From contig JBDGRE010000023.1 of assembly GCA_042218325.1 (NCBI GenBank), positions 1-57,283 of the forward strand: DNA of 57,283 nt, read 5' to 3'. A program made the translations under genes and the position numbers. Shown piece by piece: positions 18,480-27,108 of the stretch. The DNA is from Candidatus Nanohaloarchaea archaeon (GTDB taxonomy: Archaea > Nanohalarchaeota > Nanosalinia > Nanosalinales > Nanosalinaceae). The notes beneath the pieces are model-generated. The model worked only from the letters and a program-made list of their open reading frames with translations, had not been told where the DNA came from and searched no databases. Every line of letters starts with the position of its first letter. The stretch's first letter is position 1.

Positions 18480-19220
18480 TTACAGCAGTCCCGCCCCGTT
18501 CATCTCCTCCTCGAGCTCGACCAGCGCCCGGGTTTCCTCCCCTGAAAGATCATGCAAGTTGGTCTCGCTATCCCTCTCGCCCGTCAATCTTCCAAGTATC
18601 TCCACCACTACCTCTTCGTCTCTCTTCCCCTGCAGGTCATTGTCGAATTCCCTGTTGGGGAACGCCCTGTAACCGAACTGCATGTCGTGGTTCATCGGTG
18701 CCGTGTAGAACCAGCCGATATTGATGGGCTGGAAACCTTGTTCTCCCCTCTGCGATTCAAGGCCTGCATCCACCGCGGCCGTGGCCTGTAGAGGCATACC
18801 TTCGAGCTGTTCAGCCACCGCCGATTCCGACTGCGCGGAAGTCGAAACACTGTTGACCTGCCAGAACTCCAGATCATATCCGAGCGAGTCAACGACCTGT
18901 TCGATATCTCCAGCAACGTCCTCAAAGCCGGCAACGCCCTCAAGTGTGTAATCCGGGTACACCTGTTCAGTTCTCCTGGACCCTACGTCATCTATACCAG
19001 CCAACGTTACATAGACGGAACCCGAACCCAGCTCCTCCACGATATCCTTGCCTCCATCGACAGGCGGCGATATGAAGCCTGCCTGGTACATGAAATCCTC
19101 GCCGTAGCCATTGGAAGAAAGCTTCCCGGACGCATCCAGCATGTCAGCCTTGACGTCCTCCTTATCGACTGATACACGGAGAGGCTCCGGAACTCGTTCC
19201 CGGGAAACAGTTCTTTTCAC
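18480..19220 (-). CDS. Hypothetical protein
   Basis: 246 aa acidic ORF, no recognisable motif. Confidence 0.65.
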   Translation of the reverse strand: MKRTVSRERVPEPLRVSVDKEDVKADMLDASGKLSSNGYGEDFMYQAGFISPPVDGGKDIVEELGSGSVYVTLAGIDDVGSRRTEQVYPDYTLEGVAGFEDVAGDIEQVVDSLGYDLEFWQVNSVSTSAQSESAVAEQLEGMPLQATAAVDAGLESQRGEQGFQPINIGWFYTAPMNHDMQFGYRAFPNREFDNDLQGKRDEEVVVEILGRLTGERDSETNLHDLSGEETRALVELEEEMNGAGLL

Positions 19221-19231
19221 AGGTCGACGCC

Positions 19232-19510
19232 TCAGGCGCCCGGCCCCTTGAAGCGACCATCTTCCTCGTTATCCGTGTTCCGGAAGACCTCCTCGCGGGA
19301 AAGAGTCTCTTCCGCCTCGTCCTCCCGCGTCTCCGGTTCGACGTCGACAGGGTGGAACGCGGGCTCCACGTCCGAGGTATCTATCTCTTCGAGGGCATCG
19401 AACATCTCAAGTATATCCTCGAAATCCTGCTGGAACTGCTCCGCCTCCTCATCATCGATATCGAGACGTGCATTATCTGCGACCCGTCGGACCTCCTCCA
19501 TATCTACCAC
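19232..19510 (-). CDS. gatC: Asp/Glu-tRNA amidotransferase subunit C
   Basis: EEVRRVADNARL...DTSDVEPAFHP...REDE...GRFKGP. Confidence 0.92.
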   Translation of the reverse strand: MVDMEEVRRVADNARLDIDDEEAEQFQQDFEDILEMFDALEEIDTSDVEPAFHPVDVEPETREDEAEETLSREEVFRNTDNEEDGRFKGPGA

Positions 19511-19586
19511 GCCCCGAGTTTCGCTATCAAGCTTTTTGTATCGCATCCACCGCATGGGAGCAAGAAGCGCCACGAAACGTGAAGTG

Positions 19587-19601
19587 GAAAACATTTATAA
19601 A
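19587..19601 (+). promoter_or_regulatory. Archaeal BRE/TATA box
   Basis: Purine-rich GAAAAC followed by TTTATAAA (19594-19601), ~35 nt before the hairpin array. Confidence 0.55.
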
Positions 19602-19634
19602 CCGGCTCAGGAAATGTTATCTATAAGTTCAGAG

Positions 19635-19760
19635 TGATTGTTTCGCTTTGGGCGGCGAAACAGTCAGACGCGATTCAACTCGTTTGGGCGCGAGTTGAGT
19701 CAGGTTCGAATTGGGCTTCGAACCACGCGAATTGGGCTAACGTGCAAGTTTGGGTAATTG
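19635..19760 (+). ncRNA. Putative structured RNA: five hairpins with UUGGGY loops upstream of ftsZ
   Basis: Hairpins at 19635-19666, 19672-19701, 19703-19724, 19724-19744 and 19745-19760; stems differ, loops are TTGGGC x4 and TTGGGT x1; G-U pairs favour the + strand. Confidence 0.7.
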
Positions 19761-19836
19761 GACTTATCTTCTAAGGTAGAATTACCTATACCGCCTTAAA
19801 AAGGTTAGGTATAGCTATCGCGCAGGACGATACAAA

Positions 19837-20913
19837 ATGGAATCCATCATCGACAACTCACAATCCGGCCAGGAACAGGCAAAAACCTCGAACCTCGACG
19901 ACGTAAAAGATGCTAAGATACTCGTAGTAGGAGTCGGGGGAGCTGGCAACAACCAGGTCACCCGCATCCAGAGAAAAGATGTAGAAGGCGCTGAAACGGT
20001 AGCGATCAATACTGACAAGCAGCACCTTGAGATGTCGTCCGCCGACCGAAAGATACTCATCGGCCGCGACCTGACGAAGGGTCTCGGCGCGGGCGGACAC
20101 CCGCAGAAAGGTGAACGCTCCGCGGAAGAGAACCGCGCAGAACTACGCAAGCTGTTCGCGGAGGCCGACATGGTGTTCGTCACCGCGGGCCTCGGCGGCG
20201 GCACAGGAACAGGTGCGGCACCGGTACTCGCGGAGATCGCGAAGAAGGAAGACTGCATAGTGATAGGAACGGTAACGATGCCGTTCGAGATAGAGGGCGC
20301 ACGGATGAGCAAGGCAGAGGACGGGCTCTACCGGCTGCGGCAGCACGTCGACACCGCCATCGTTATCGAGAACGATAGGCTGCTCGACATCGCAGGCGAC
20401 ATGCCTCTCGACCAGGCGTTCGGCGTCGCCGACGAGCTCATAACGACGATGATAAAGGGCGTCACGGAGACCATCTCCAAGCCGAGCCTCGTCAACCTCG
20501 ACTACGCCGACGTGAAGGCAGTCATGAACGAGGGAGGCGTCGCCGTAGTAGGTTACGGAGAGAGCGACACCAACAACAAGGGAGAAGAGGCGATCCACGA
20601 GGCGATGAGCAATCCGCTGCTCGACGTCGAGTTCTCCGGGGCGAACGGTGCACTCGTACACGTCGCTGGCGGACAGGATCTGACGCTCAACGAGATAAAC
20701 GACGTGGGCCAAACGGTCAAGGACAGACTGGATTCCCAGGCCCAGGTAATCTGGGGCGCCCGCGTGAAGGACGAACTTGAAGGAAAACTCCAGGTAATCT
20801 CCATCGTAACCGGGGTCGAGTCACCGTACATCCTCGGAGACGTGGAGGAAGAGCAGAACACCGAGGTATCAGGCGACGTGAACGACCTCGGACTGGAGGT
20901 AATGGAGCAGTGA
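19837..20913 (+). CDS. ftsZ: Cell division protein FtsZ
   Basis: VGVGGAGNN, GLGGGTGTG tubulin signature, NLDYADV T7 loop, IWGA. Confidence 0.98.
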   Translation: MESIIDNSQSGQEQAKTSNLDDVKDAKILVVGVGGAGNNQVTRIQRKDVEGAETVAINTDKQHLEMSSADRKILIGRDLTKGLGAGGHPQKGERSAEENRAELRKLFAEADMVFVTAGLGGGTGTGAAPVLAEIAKKEDCIVIGTVTMPFEIEGARMSKAEDGLYRLRQHVDTAIVIENDRLLDIAGDMPLDQAFGVADELITTMIKGVTETISKPSLVNLDYADVKAVMNEGGVAVVGYGESDTNNKGEEAIHEAMSNPLLDVEFSGANGALVHVAGGQDLTLNEINDVGQTVKDRLDSQAQVIWGARVKDELEGKLQVISIVTGVESPYILGDVEEEQNTEVSGDVNDLGLEVMEQ

Positions 20914-20940
20914 GAACTGCTTAAAAACGATATTTGAGCA

Positions 20941-21082
20941 GGAGGAGGTCCCAGGGACAACCAACCCAACCCCTTCCCCCCCCGTCCCGGGGCTTCCTCC
21001 ACTCAAATTTATATTCACCGGCAGGACCCTCCGCTTACACCAACCGAACACACCCCTCCCCCCTTACGCGGAGGTCCTCGCC
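20941..21082 (+). ncRNA. Putative structured RNA: two long hairpins with C-rich loops downstream of ftsZ
   Basis: GGAGGAGGTCCC-A-GGGAC/GTCCC-GGGGCTTCCTCC (20941-21000) and GGCAGGACCCTCCGC/GCGGAGGTCCTCGCC (21020-21082); both loops contain ACCAACCSAAC...CCCT(T)CCCCCC. Confidence 0.6.
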
Positions 21083-21159
21083 ATTTCATATTTTATTTCA
21101 CTTTTTATCTATCCGGGCGCGCCGAAAGGTGTAAAACCGTTTTTCTCCTATATGCTCCT

Positions 21160-21666
21160 GTGCCAAGAACTGATTTCTACCTGAAGATCGCAGGCGCGCT
21201 CCTGCTGTCGCTGTCCGCGGCATCCATGATGACGACCGCCACGGGTTACAGGGGAGTAGTAGCCGGTATCGCGGCTGTATCGGCCCTGCTGCTCGTGAAA
21301 TCGGCTGAAAGGTCGTCGAGGAGGCATGGCAGGACGGACAGGATGAAGGTCTCCCTGGTGACCTCGACCGTGATGTACGAGATAGTGCTTCTTGTAGGCG
21401 CGGCGTCGGCGGCGAGCAAGTTCGCCGGTGTGCTCGCGATAGCGGCGGTATCTTTCTCGGAGCTGCTCCACACAGAGGCCATGCAGGAACTCAAGCAGTC
21501 TTTCTCGCCGGACATAGGAAGAGAGGGGCGTATAGTCGTCCTCGCGCTTTCACTGGCCGGCTCCGGTTTCAACAGCTGGGTGCTTTTCTACGGCCTGCTG
21601 TTCATCGCCGTGCTCGCGTTATACGATTCGTTGAGGCTTATACACAGGCTGTCCCGGGAGCTCTAG
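21160..21666 (+). CDS. Membrane protein, possibly a degenerate CDP-alcohol phosphatidyltransferase fold
   Basis: ~6 TMs and a GREGRIVVL C-terminal pattern; no DxxDGxxAR motif. Confidence 0.55.
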   Translation: MPRTDFYLKIAGALLLSLSAASMMTTATGYRGVVAGIAAVSALLLVKSAERSSRRHGRTDRMKVSLVTSTVMYEIVLLVGAASAASKFAGVLAIAAVSFSELLHTEAMQELKQSFSPDIGREGRIVVLALSLAGSGFNSWVLFYGLLFIAVLALYDSLRLIHRLSREL

Positions 21667-21806
21667 TCGGCGAAACCGTAGGTCATATCCCGGCCGGTGC
21701 CGTCTATGTTCGGGTCGTAAGACACCGTGTCCTGGATTTGGCTGTCAATAGACAGATTTGAGAAAAATTCTTCTTCGTCTCCACTGAACTCCTCGAAGAC
21801 CGTCAT
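21663..21806 (-). CDS. Small acidic protein (47 aa, not in ORF track)
   Basis: MTVFEEFSGDEEEFFSNLSIDSQIQDTVSYDPNIDGTGRDMTYGFAD*. Confidence 0.45.
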   Translation of the reverse strand: MTVFEEFSGDEEEFFSNLSIDSQIQDTVSYDPNIDGTGRDMTYGFAD

Positions 21807-21859
21807 CAGGGATAACTCAGCGGCTCAGTTATTTAATTCTTGGTCGCGCCGGCTTCTCT

Positions 21860-22363
21860 ATGAAGGCTCCAATCTGTAACGTCTGCCTAAAGAGCGACCA
21901 GCTGTGCAAGCAGTGCCAGGAGAAGCTCGATGAAGAACAGATAACGGAAAAAGAGATAGAAGTCTCAAGGATACTGCACGACCTCAGCACCGAGTACGGC
22001 TCGCTGAAGGACTCCTCGATAGAGGGCGTCCACGACGCCGAGAAAGTCGTCGTGGTTATAACAGCGGAGGGCGACGGCGCAAAGGTCGTCGGCCGCAACG
22101 GCGAGATAGTGAAAGAGCTCGCGGACCGTATCGACAAATCCATCCGCGTGGTCGAGGCCGCAGAGGACGACATGGAGGTCATCAAGGGCCTACTGTCTCC
22201 TGCGGAAGTGAAGTCGGTCAACACCGTGTTCATGCCCGACGGCGAGTACAAGAAGATCGTCGTCGACGAGGATTACGAGGGCAAAATCAACCTCAGCGAG
22301 GATGAGTTCGAGGCCATAGTCGAGCGGATAACCGGCACGGAGTACAAGCTGGCGTTCGAGTAA
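21860..22363 (+). CDS. NusA-like KH-domain protein with N-terminal Zn finger
   Basis: PICNVCLKSDQLCKQC plus KH motif VVGRNGEIVKEL. Confidence 0.85.
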   Translation: MKAPICNVCLKSDQLCKQCQEKLDEEQITEKEIEVSRILHDLSTEYGSLKDSSIEGVHDAEKVVVVITAEGDGAKVVGRNGEIVKELADRIDKSIRVVEAAEDDMEVIKGLLSPAEVKSVNTVFMPDGEYKKIVVDEDYEGKINLSEDEFEAIVERITGTEYKLAFE

Positions 22364-22407
22364 CCCTTTAACTTCTCAGGGAAAAGAATCGAACCAGAGG
22401 TAACGCT

Positions 22408-24195
22408 ATGCCCACAGAAAAACAGAAGAAGTTCATCGTCGTGGTCGACCAGGACAAGATAGAACCCGATCTGGCGAGGGAGACGGTCATCAACTACGAC
22501 CCTTTGAACAGAGCGGGTAAGGAGGGTGGCTTCTACATCAACGAGGAGGAAGAGCTCCATATAGACGAGGAGGACGTGATGGAGGCCCACCGGATGGCCA
22601 TCAAGAAGTACCCGTACGAGGATGCAATCAAGCTGGTGCAGCTGCCGCACGAGGAAGGAGAGAAGGTACATCAGTTCTCCGAGAACTCGTTCAGACTTTA
22701 CGGCCTGCCGGAGCCCGAGGAAGGAGCCGTCGTCGGCATACTCGGCGAGAACGGAACAGGTAAATCCACGGCGCTGGAGATACTCGCCGGACGCATAAAG
22801 CCGAACCTGGGCCGGTACGAAGACCCGCCAGAGTGGGAAGAACTGAAGCGGGAGTACCGCGGAACCGGGCTGCAGGAGCACTTCAGGAAGCTGGCCGCTG
22901 GAGAAATCGAGGCGGCGTTCAAGCCGCAGAAGGTCGAGCAGATACCGGAGGCGTACTCGGGCAAAGTGGAGGAGCTGCTGGAAGAGGCGCAAGAACGTCT
23001 CTCCGTCGAAGAAATCGCGGAGCGGCTCGACATCGACCAGCTGCTGAACCGCGAACTTGAACAGCTATCAGGCGGGGAGCTGCAGCGCGTCGCCATCGCG
23101 TCGACCCTGCTGAAAGACCGTGATATCTACATGATAGACGAGCCGTCTTCGTTCCTTGATGTCAAGCAGCGTTTGAGCGTGGCCCGGGAGATAAGGAAGC
23201 TTGCGAGCGATAGATCAGTCATGGTGGTCGAACACGACCTCGCCACGCTGGACCTTGTCGCGGACCGCATACACATCTTCTACGGCGACCCGGGCAGCTA
23301 CGGCATGGTGTCGAACTCTCTCAGCTCGAAGAACGGCATCAACCGGTACCTGGAGGGCATGCTGCCGTCCCACAACCTGCGTTTCCGCGACGAATCCATC
23401 GAGTTCGACCGGACCAAGTGGTCGCAGGTGGAGAACAAGGCCACGGTTTTCAGCTACCCGGGGTTCGAGAAGGACTTCGGCGAGGGAGAGTTCTCGCTGG
23501 AAACCGCGGAGGGAGATCTCCACGAGGAGGAGATACTGGCGATATTCGGGGAGAACGGGCTCGGAAAGACCGTGTTCGCGAAGATGCTCGCAGGCGCCAT
23601 AGAACCCGACTCGGAGGATTCCCCCGATATCGACATATCCTACAAGCCGCAGTACATCGAGGCGGAAGACGAGACTGTCGAGCAGGCCCTGGAAAAGCAT
23701 ACAAATCCGAGAGGGCAGCGTTTCAAAACTCGTATCGCCGAGCCCCTGAACCTTACCGGCCTCTACGAGCACGAACTCGAGGAGCTGTCTGGCGGAGAGC
23801 TGCAGCGAGTCGCGGTGGCGATAGCTCTCGCCCGTGACGCAGATATCTACCTGCTCGACGAACCCAGCGCGTACCTCGATGTAGAGGGCCGTGTCGACCT
23901 GGGGAAGACCCTGAAGAGGTTCGCGCGGAAGACGGAGAAGCCGCTGATGGTCATCGACCACGACCTGCTGCTGCTCGACTACATCGCAGACCGCGGCTCA
24001 GTGTTCACCGGTGAGCCCGGCGTCCATGGTAAGAGCTCTTCACACGAACGTATCGAGACCGCTATGAACTCGTTCCTCAGGGAGGTAGACATCAGCTACC
24101 GGAAAGACCCGGAGACCGGGCGACCGCGGGCGAACAAGCCCGAAAGCCAGAAAGACCGCGAGCAACGCAAGAAGGGCGAGTACTATGAGCAGTGA
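22408..24195 (+). CDS. rli: Ribosome recycling ATPase ABCE1/RLI
   Basis: FRLYGLP, two NBDs (GENGTGKST, GENGLGKT, LSGGELQR x2), RKDPETGRPRANK hinge; N-terminal domain has no Cys. Confidence 0.95.
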   Translation: MPTEKQKKFIVVVDQDKIEPDLARETVINYDPLNRAGKEGGFYINEEEELHIDEEDVMEAHRMAIKKYPYEDAIKLVQLPHEEGEKVHQFSENSFRLYGLPEPEEGAVVGILGENGTGKSTALEILAGRIKPNLGRYEDPPEWEELKREYRGTGLQEHFRKLAAGEIEAAFKPQKVEQIPEAYSGKVEELLEEAQERLSVEEIAERLDIDQLLNRELEQLSGGELQRVAIASTLLKDRDIYMIDEPSSFLDVKQRLSVAREIRKLASDRSVMVVEHDLATLDLVADRIHIFYGDPGSYGMVSNSLSSKNGINRYLEGMLPSHNLRFRDESIEFDRTKWSQVENKATVFSYPGFEKDFGEGEFSLETAEGDLHEEEILAIFGENGLGKTVFAKMLAGAIEPDSEDSPDIDISYKPQYIEAEDETVEQALEKHTNPRGQRFKTRIAEPLNLTGLYEHELEELSGGELQRVAVAIALARDADIYLLDEPSAYLDVEGRVDLGKTLKRFARKTEKPLMVIDHDLLLLDYIADRGSVFTGEPGVHGKSSSHERIETAMNSFLREVDISYRKDPETGRPRANKPESQKDREQRKKGEYYEQ

Positions 24196-24586
24196 AGAGC
24201 ACACCGGAAAAGTCGCGGCGACCGTCATCCCGAGAACCGGGGAAGGTGAGGAGTACCTCGTGACCTGGCGGGTCGACCACGATATGTGGGAGTTCCCCGG
24301 CGGGAAGCAGAAAAAGGGAGAGACGCTGCTGGAGACCGCGGAGCGCGAGATAGACGAGGAACTCGAGCTCGACATCGACGCGGTAGAAGCAGCAGAGGAC
24401 CACTCATGGGAAGCCGGTGGCCACGAGATAGTGCCCGTGCTCGCCGACCACAGCTACGAAGATATCGAGAGCCACTTAGAGCTCAGGGAGGAAAAACACG
24501 GCAAATACCGCTACATAGAACCGGAGAACTACAGCATAGAGCTCGGGGATGAGAAACGCTGCCTGGAGGCGTTCGACCTGTCATGA
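24185..24586 (+). CDS. NUDIX hydrolase
   Basis: WEFPGGKQKKGETLLETAEREIDEE Nudix box. Confidence 0.88.
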   Translation: MSSEEHTGKVAATVIPRTGEGEEYLVTWRVDHDMWEFPGGKQKKGETLLETAEREIDEELELDIDAVEAAEDHSWEAGGHEIVPVLADHSYEDIESHLELREEKHGKYRYIEPENYSIELGDEKRCLEAFDLS

Positions 24587-24963
24587 ACGAGATACCGGTC
24601 GCCAAGATAATCGCAAGAAACGAAAAAGGCGAATTACTCGCTGTGAAGGAAAAGGAATCCGAGAAGTGGGAGCTGCCCGGCGGCAAGATAGAGCAGGGCG
24701 AGGACCGTTTCGAGGCCGCGTCCCGGGAACTCGAAGAGGAGACAGGCATCGAGCTGGACGCGGACGATTTCCAGGATGTCGTCCGGGTCGAGGTGGAAGA
24801 CTGGGAAATCGTGAACTGCCGAATCCTCTTTGCGGAGGTTCCCGGGGCAGTAGTGGACCTGTACGAAGAAGAGCTCTCCGGCTTCCGGTGGGTGACTGCG
24901 GAGGAGTACAGGACGATGAACTGGCACGCCGACGCGGGCTACGGCGCCCCGGCGATGGTCTAA
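24583..24963 (+). CDS. NUDIX hydrolase (possibly truncated by a premature TAA)
   Basis: WELPGGKIEQGEDRFEAASRELEEETG; frame continues LEEYLKD* to 24987. Confidence 0.85.
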   Translation: MNEIPVAKIIARNEKGELLAVKEKESEKWELPGGKIEQGEDRFEAASRELEEETGIELDADDFQDVVRVEVEDWEIVNCRILFAEVPGAVVDLYEEELSGFRWVTAEEYRTMNWHADAGYGAPAMV

Positions 24964-24983
24964 CTCGAAGAATATCTCAAGGA

Positions 24984-25721
24984 CTAGTCCTCCAGGACGA
25001 ACTCAAGCCGCTCGGTGTCCGCTCCCTTTTTCGTCTGTTCCACGATGTCTATCCTGCCAATCTCTTCCAGGCTGTCGACGTGTGTTCCGCCGCAGGGGCA
25101 GATGTCCTCGTCGCGGATGATGACGACGCGCAGCGGATCGATGTGGTCGGGTATCAGGTCCATGTTGCTGCGGCCTTCCTCGACCTCCATCTCGAGCCGC
25201 TCGCGGGACATGTTCTTCTTGACGACCTCGTGGTTCCCCTCTATCATCGCGTTGGCGGCCTTCTCTATCTTTTCGATGTCGCTGTCGTCGAACTCGGCCG
25301 GCTCGAAGTCGATGCGGGAACGGTCCTCGTATATCTGGTTACCTGCAGTGGTAGCATCGTACATGTCCAGCACCACTTTTGAGAGGACGTGCTGCGCGGT
25401 ATGCATCCTCATGTGACTGTACCTGCGCTCCCAGTCTATCTCGCCGTGCACTTCCATGTCGGCCTCTGGGGTGTCGCCCTTCAGGTAGTGTCTTACTTCT
25501 CCGCTTTTCTTCTGTACGTCCACGACCTCGGCCTCCTCACCGTTCCAAGAAAGCTTACCGTGGCCCGCGGGCTGGCCACCGCCCTCCGGGTAGAACAGCG
25601 TCTCCTCCAGAACGATATACCCGTCGGAATCCGGGTCGTCCGGGGTCATCTTTGCTTTCTTGACTGTGGAATCGAACTCTTTCTGGTAGTCGTTGTCCGG
25701 CCGGAACAGCAGCTCTGTCAT
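24984..25721 (-). CDS. alaX: Alanyl-tRNA editing protein AlaX (AlaX-M type)
   Basis: TLFYPEGGGQP, MRMHTAQH, CGGTHV zinc motifs. Confidence 0.92.
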   Translation of the reverse strand: MTELLFRPDNDYQKEFDSTVKKAKMTPDDPDSDGYIVLEETLFYPEGGGQPAGHGKLSWNGEEAEVVDVQKKSGEVRHYLKGDTPEADMEVHGEIDWERRYSHMRMHTAQHVLSKVVLDMYDATTAGNQIYEDRSRIDFEPAEFDDSDIEKIEKAANAMIEGNHEVVKKNMSRERLEMEVEEGRSNMDLIPDHIDPLRVVIIRDEDICPCGGTHVDSLEEIGRIDIVEQTKKGADTERLEFVLED

Positions 25722-25775
25722 ACTTAGCTCTTTTCCGTGTCAAGGTTTGTATATCTTTTCTGCGACGGAGGAAAC

Positions 25776-26219
25776 ATGGCAGACATCCGGACCCGGTACA
25801 GGGAGAAAGAGACCGTGCTCGAACACCCTGTGGTCTACGCCTCCAAGATAGGCAGACATGTACCGCCGCTGGACAGTTTCGGGTTCCACGACCTGCTACA
25901 GGAGAACCAAGAAGTCGCGGAACTGCTGGAGCAGGCTACAGGAAGCGCCGTGGAAACCAGTGGAGGGGTGCAGGTCGAGGTGGACGATGAATACCCGTTC
26001 GCAAGGAACGAGGAACAGCTGCGGAGGCTTTCCCTCGAGGGAGAGCCCTGCAACGGCAGCTTCGGATACGACTGGGATGGAGGCAGCGCCGTGCTTTACT
26101 TCGACCCGGCCGACCGCCTTTTCGATGCCTACCGCGTGGTCATAGAGGTCGATGGAGATAGAGAACACACCGCAGGTATACAGGAACAGTTATCGCTTGA
26201 AGGTTACCATCTGCTGTGA
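25776..26219 (+). CDS. Hypothetical protein
   Basis: ATG at 25776 with GGAGG upstream; acidic ORF. Confidence 0.65.
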   Translation: MADIRTRYREKETVLEHPVVYASKIGRHVPPLDSFGFHDLLQENQEVAELLEQATGSAVETSGGVQVEVDDEYPFARNEEQLRRLSLEGEPCNGSFGYDWDGGSAVLYFDPADRLFDAYRVVIEVDGDREHTAGIQEQLSLEGYHLL

Positions 26220-26274
26220 AGTGATAAAGAGAAGAAAAACATATGTGAGTCAGGTCGAAAAACAGCCTGTTCTA

Positions 26275-26469
26275 TCAGACCTTTTCGACGTTTACGGCCT
26301 TTGGGCCGCGGTCGCCTTCTTCCTGCTCGAACTCGACTTCGTCGCCTTCGGCGACTGATTCGCCTTCAGGCAGCTCTGAGACGTGGAAGAACACATCATC
26401 GTCCATGTCTTCGGTCTCGATGAAGCCGTAGTTCTTCTGGTCGTGGAAGAACTTAACTGTACCTTGCAC
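26275..26469 (-). CDS. Cold-shock protein (CspA family)
   Basis: GTVKFF, RNP1 KNYGFI, RNP2 VFFHVS, GPKAVNV. Confidence 0.95.
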   Translation of the reverse strand: MQGTVKFFHDQKNYGFIETEDMDDDVFFHVSELPEGESVAEGDEVEFEQEEGDRGPKAVNVEKV

Positions 26470-26526
26470 TGAGAAACACCTCCTTGTAAGAAGGAAATCG
26501 GTAAGAAAACCTTTTAAAGCCGCGCA

Positions 26527-27105
26527 TTATCCAGGCAGTGCAACATTCAGCGCCGCCACCACCAGCCCTGCAAGACCCATCCGGGCGCCAGCGACCTACC
26601 AGCGTTGCTTGGAGATGGAGCCCATGTAGGCGCCGAACGCGAAAAGCAGGCCGACACCGATACCGATGGCGAGCAACGTGGCCTGGAGCATGGTCAGGGT
26701 TGCTGCCTCCAGCAGGAACGCGGATATAGGCAGGATTATGCCGAGCAAGGGGCCGGTGCCGCTCATGACCGCGTTGAGCGCACGGCCCTGCATCTTGCGG
26801 TCCATGAGGTCGGTACCGTCGAGCTCTCGCAGCATCGCCTTCTCTTTTTCCTGGACCTCGGCGAGCTTCTCCGCCCGCTCTATCTCCCAGACGCTCCAGA
26901 CGCCGGAAGTGGCGAGGCCTACAGCCGCGCCGAGACCGACCTTGAAAACCGTTAAACCGGAGGGTACGCCGGTAAGGTACGAGCCGACAGCTATGCCGAT
27001 AGAGGTAAGAGTTCCGTCGAAACCGTTGGATATGAAGTAACGGCGGGAGATGGAGCGGACTTCCTCCCATCTCCAGGCCGCCTGGAAATCGTCTATCCAG
27101 CCCAT
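26527..27105 (-). pseudogene. VIT1/CCC1 family transporter with an in-frame TAG at 26596-26598
   Basis: RRYFISNGFDG motif; after KQRW* the frame continues VAGARMGLAGLVVAALNVALPG*, the expected last TM. Confidence 0.7.
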
Positions 27106-27108
27106 GGT

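Noticed and set aside
19635-19760. CRISPR array or simple tandem repeat reading of the TTGGGC repeats
   Set aside because: The conserved part is only 6-8 nt, spacing is irregular, the variable parts are self-complementary stems, and no cas genes are present.
20984-21002. Minus-strand GGAGGAAGCCCCGGGAC resembling the RNase P RNA P4 5' strand
   Set aside because: No matching P4 3' strand or room for the RNA before ftsZ; the sequence is explained as one arm of a + strand hairpin.
26596-26598. Genome-wide stop-codon reassignment or pyrrolysine
   Set aside because: TAG, TAA and TGA all terminate conserved genes at expected positions (trxB TAG, ftsZ TGA, aRF1 TAA), and no pyl genes are seen.
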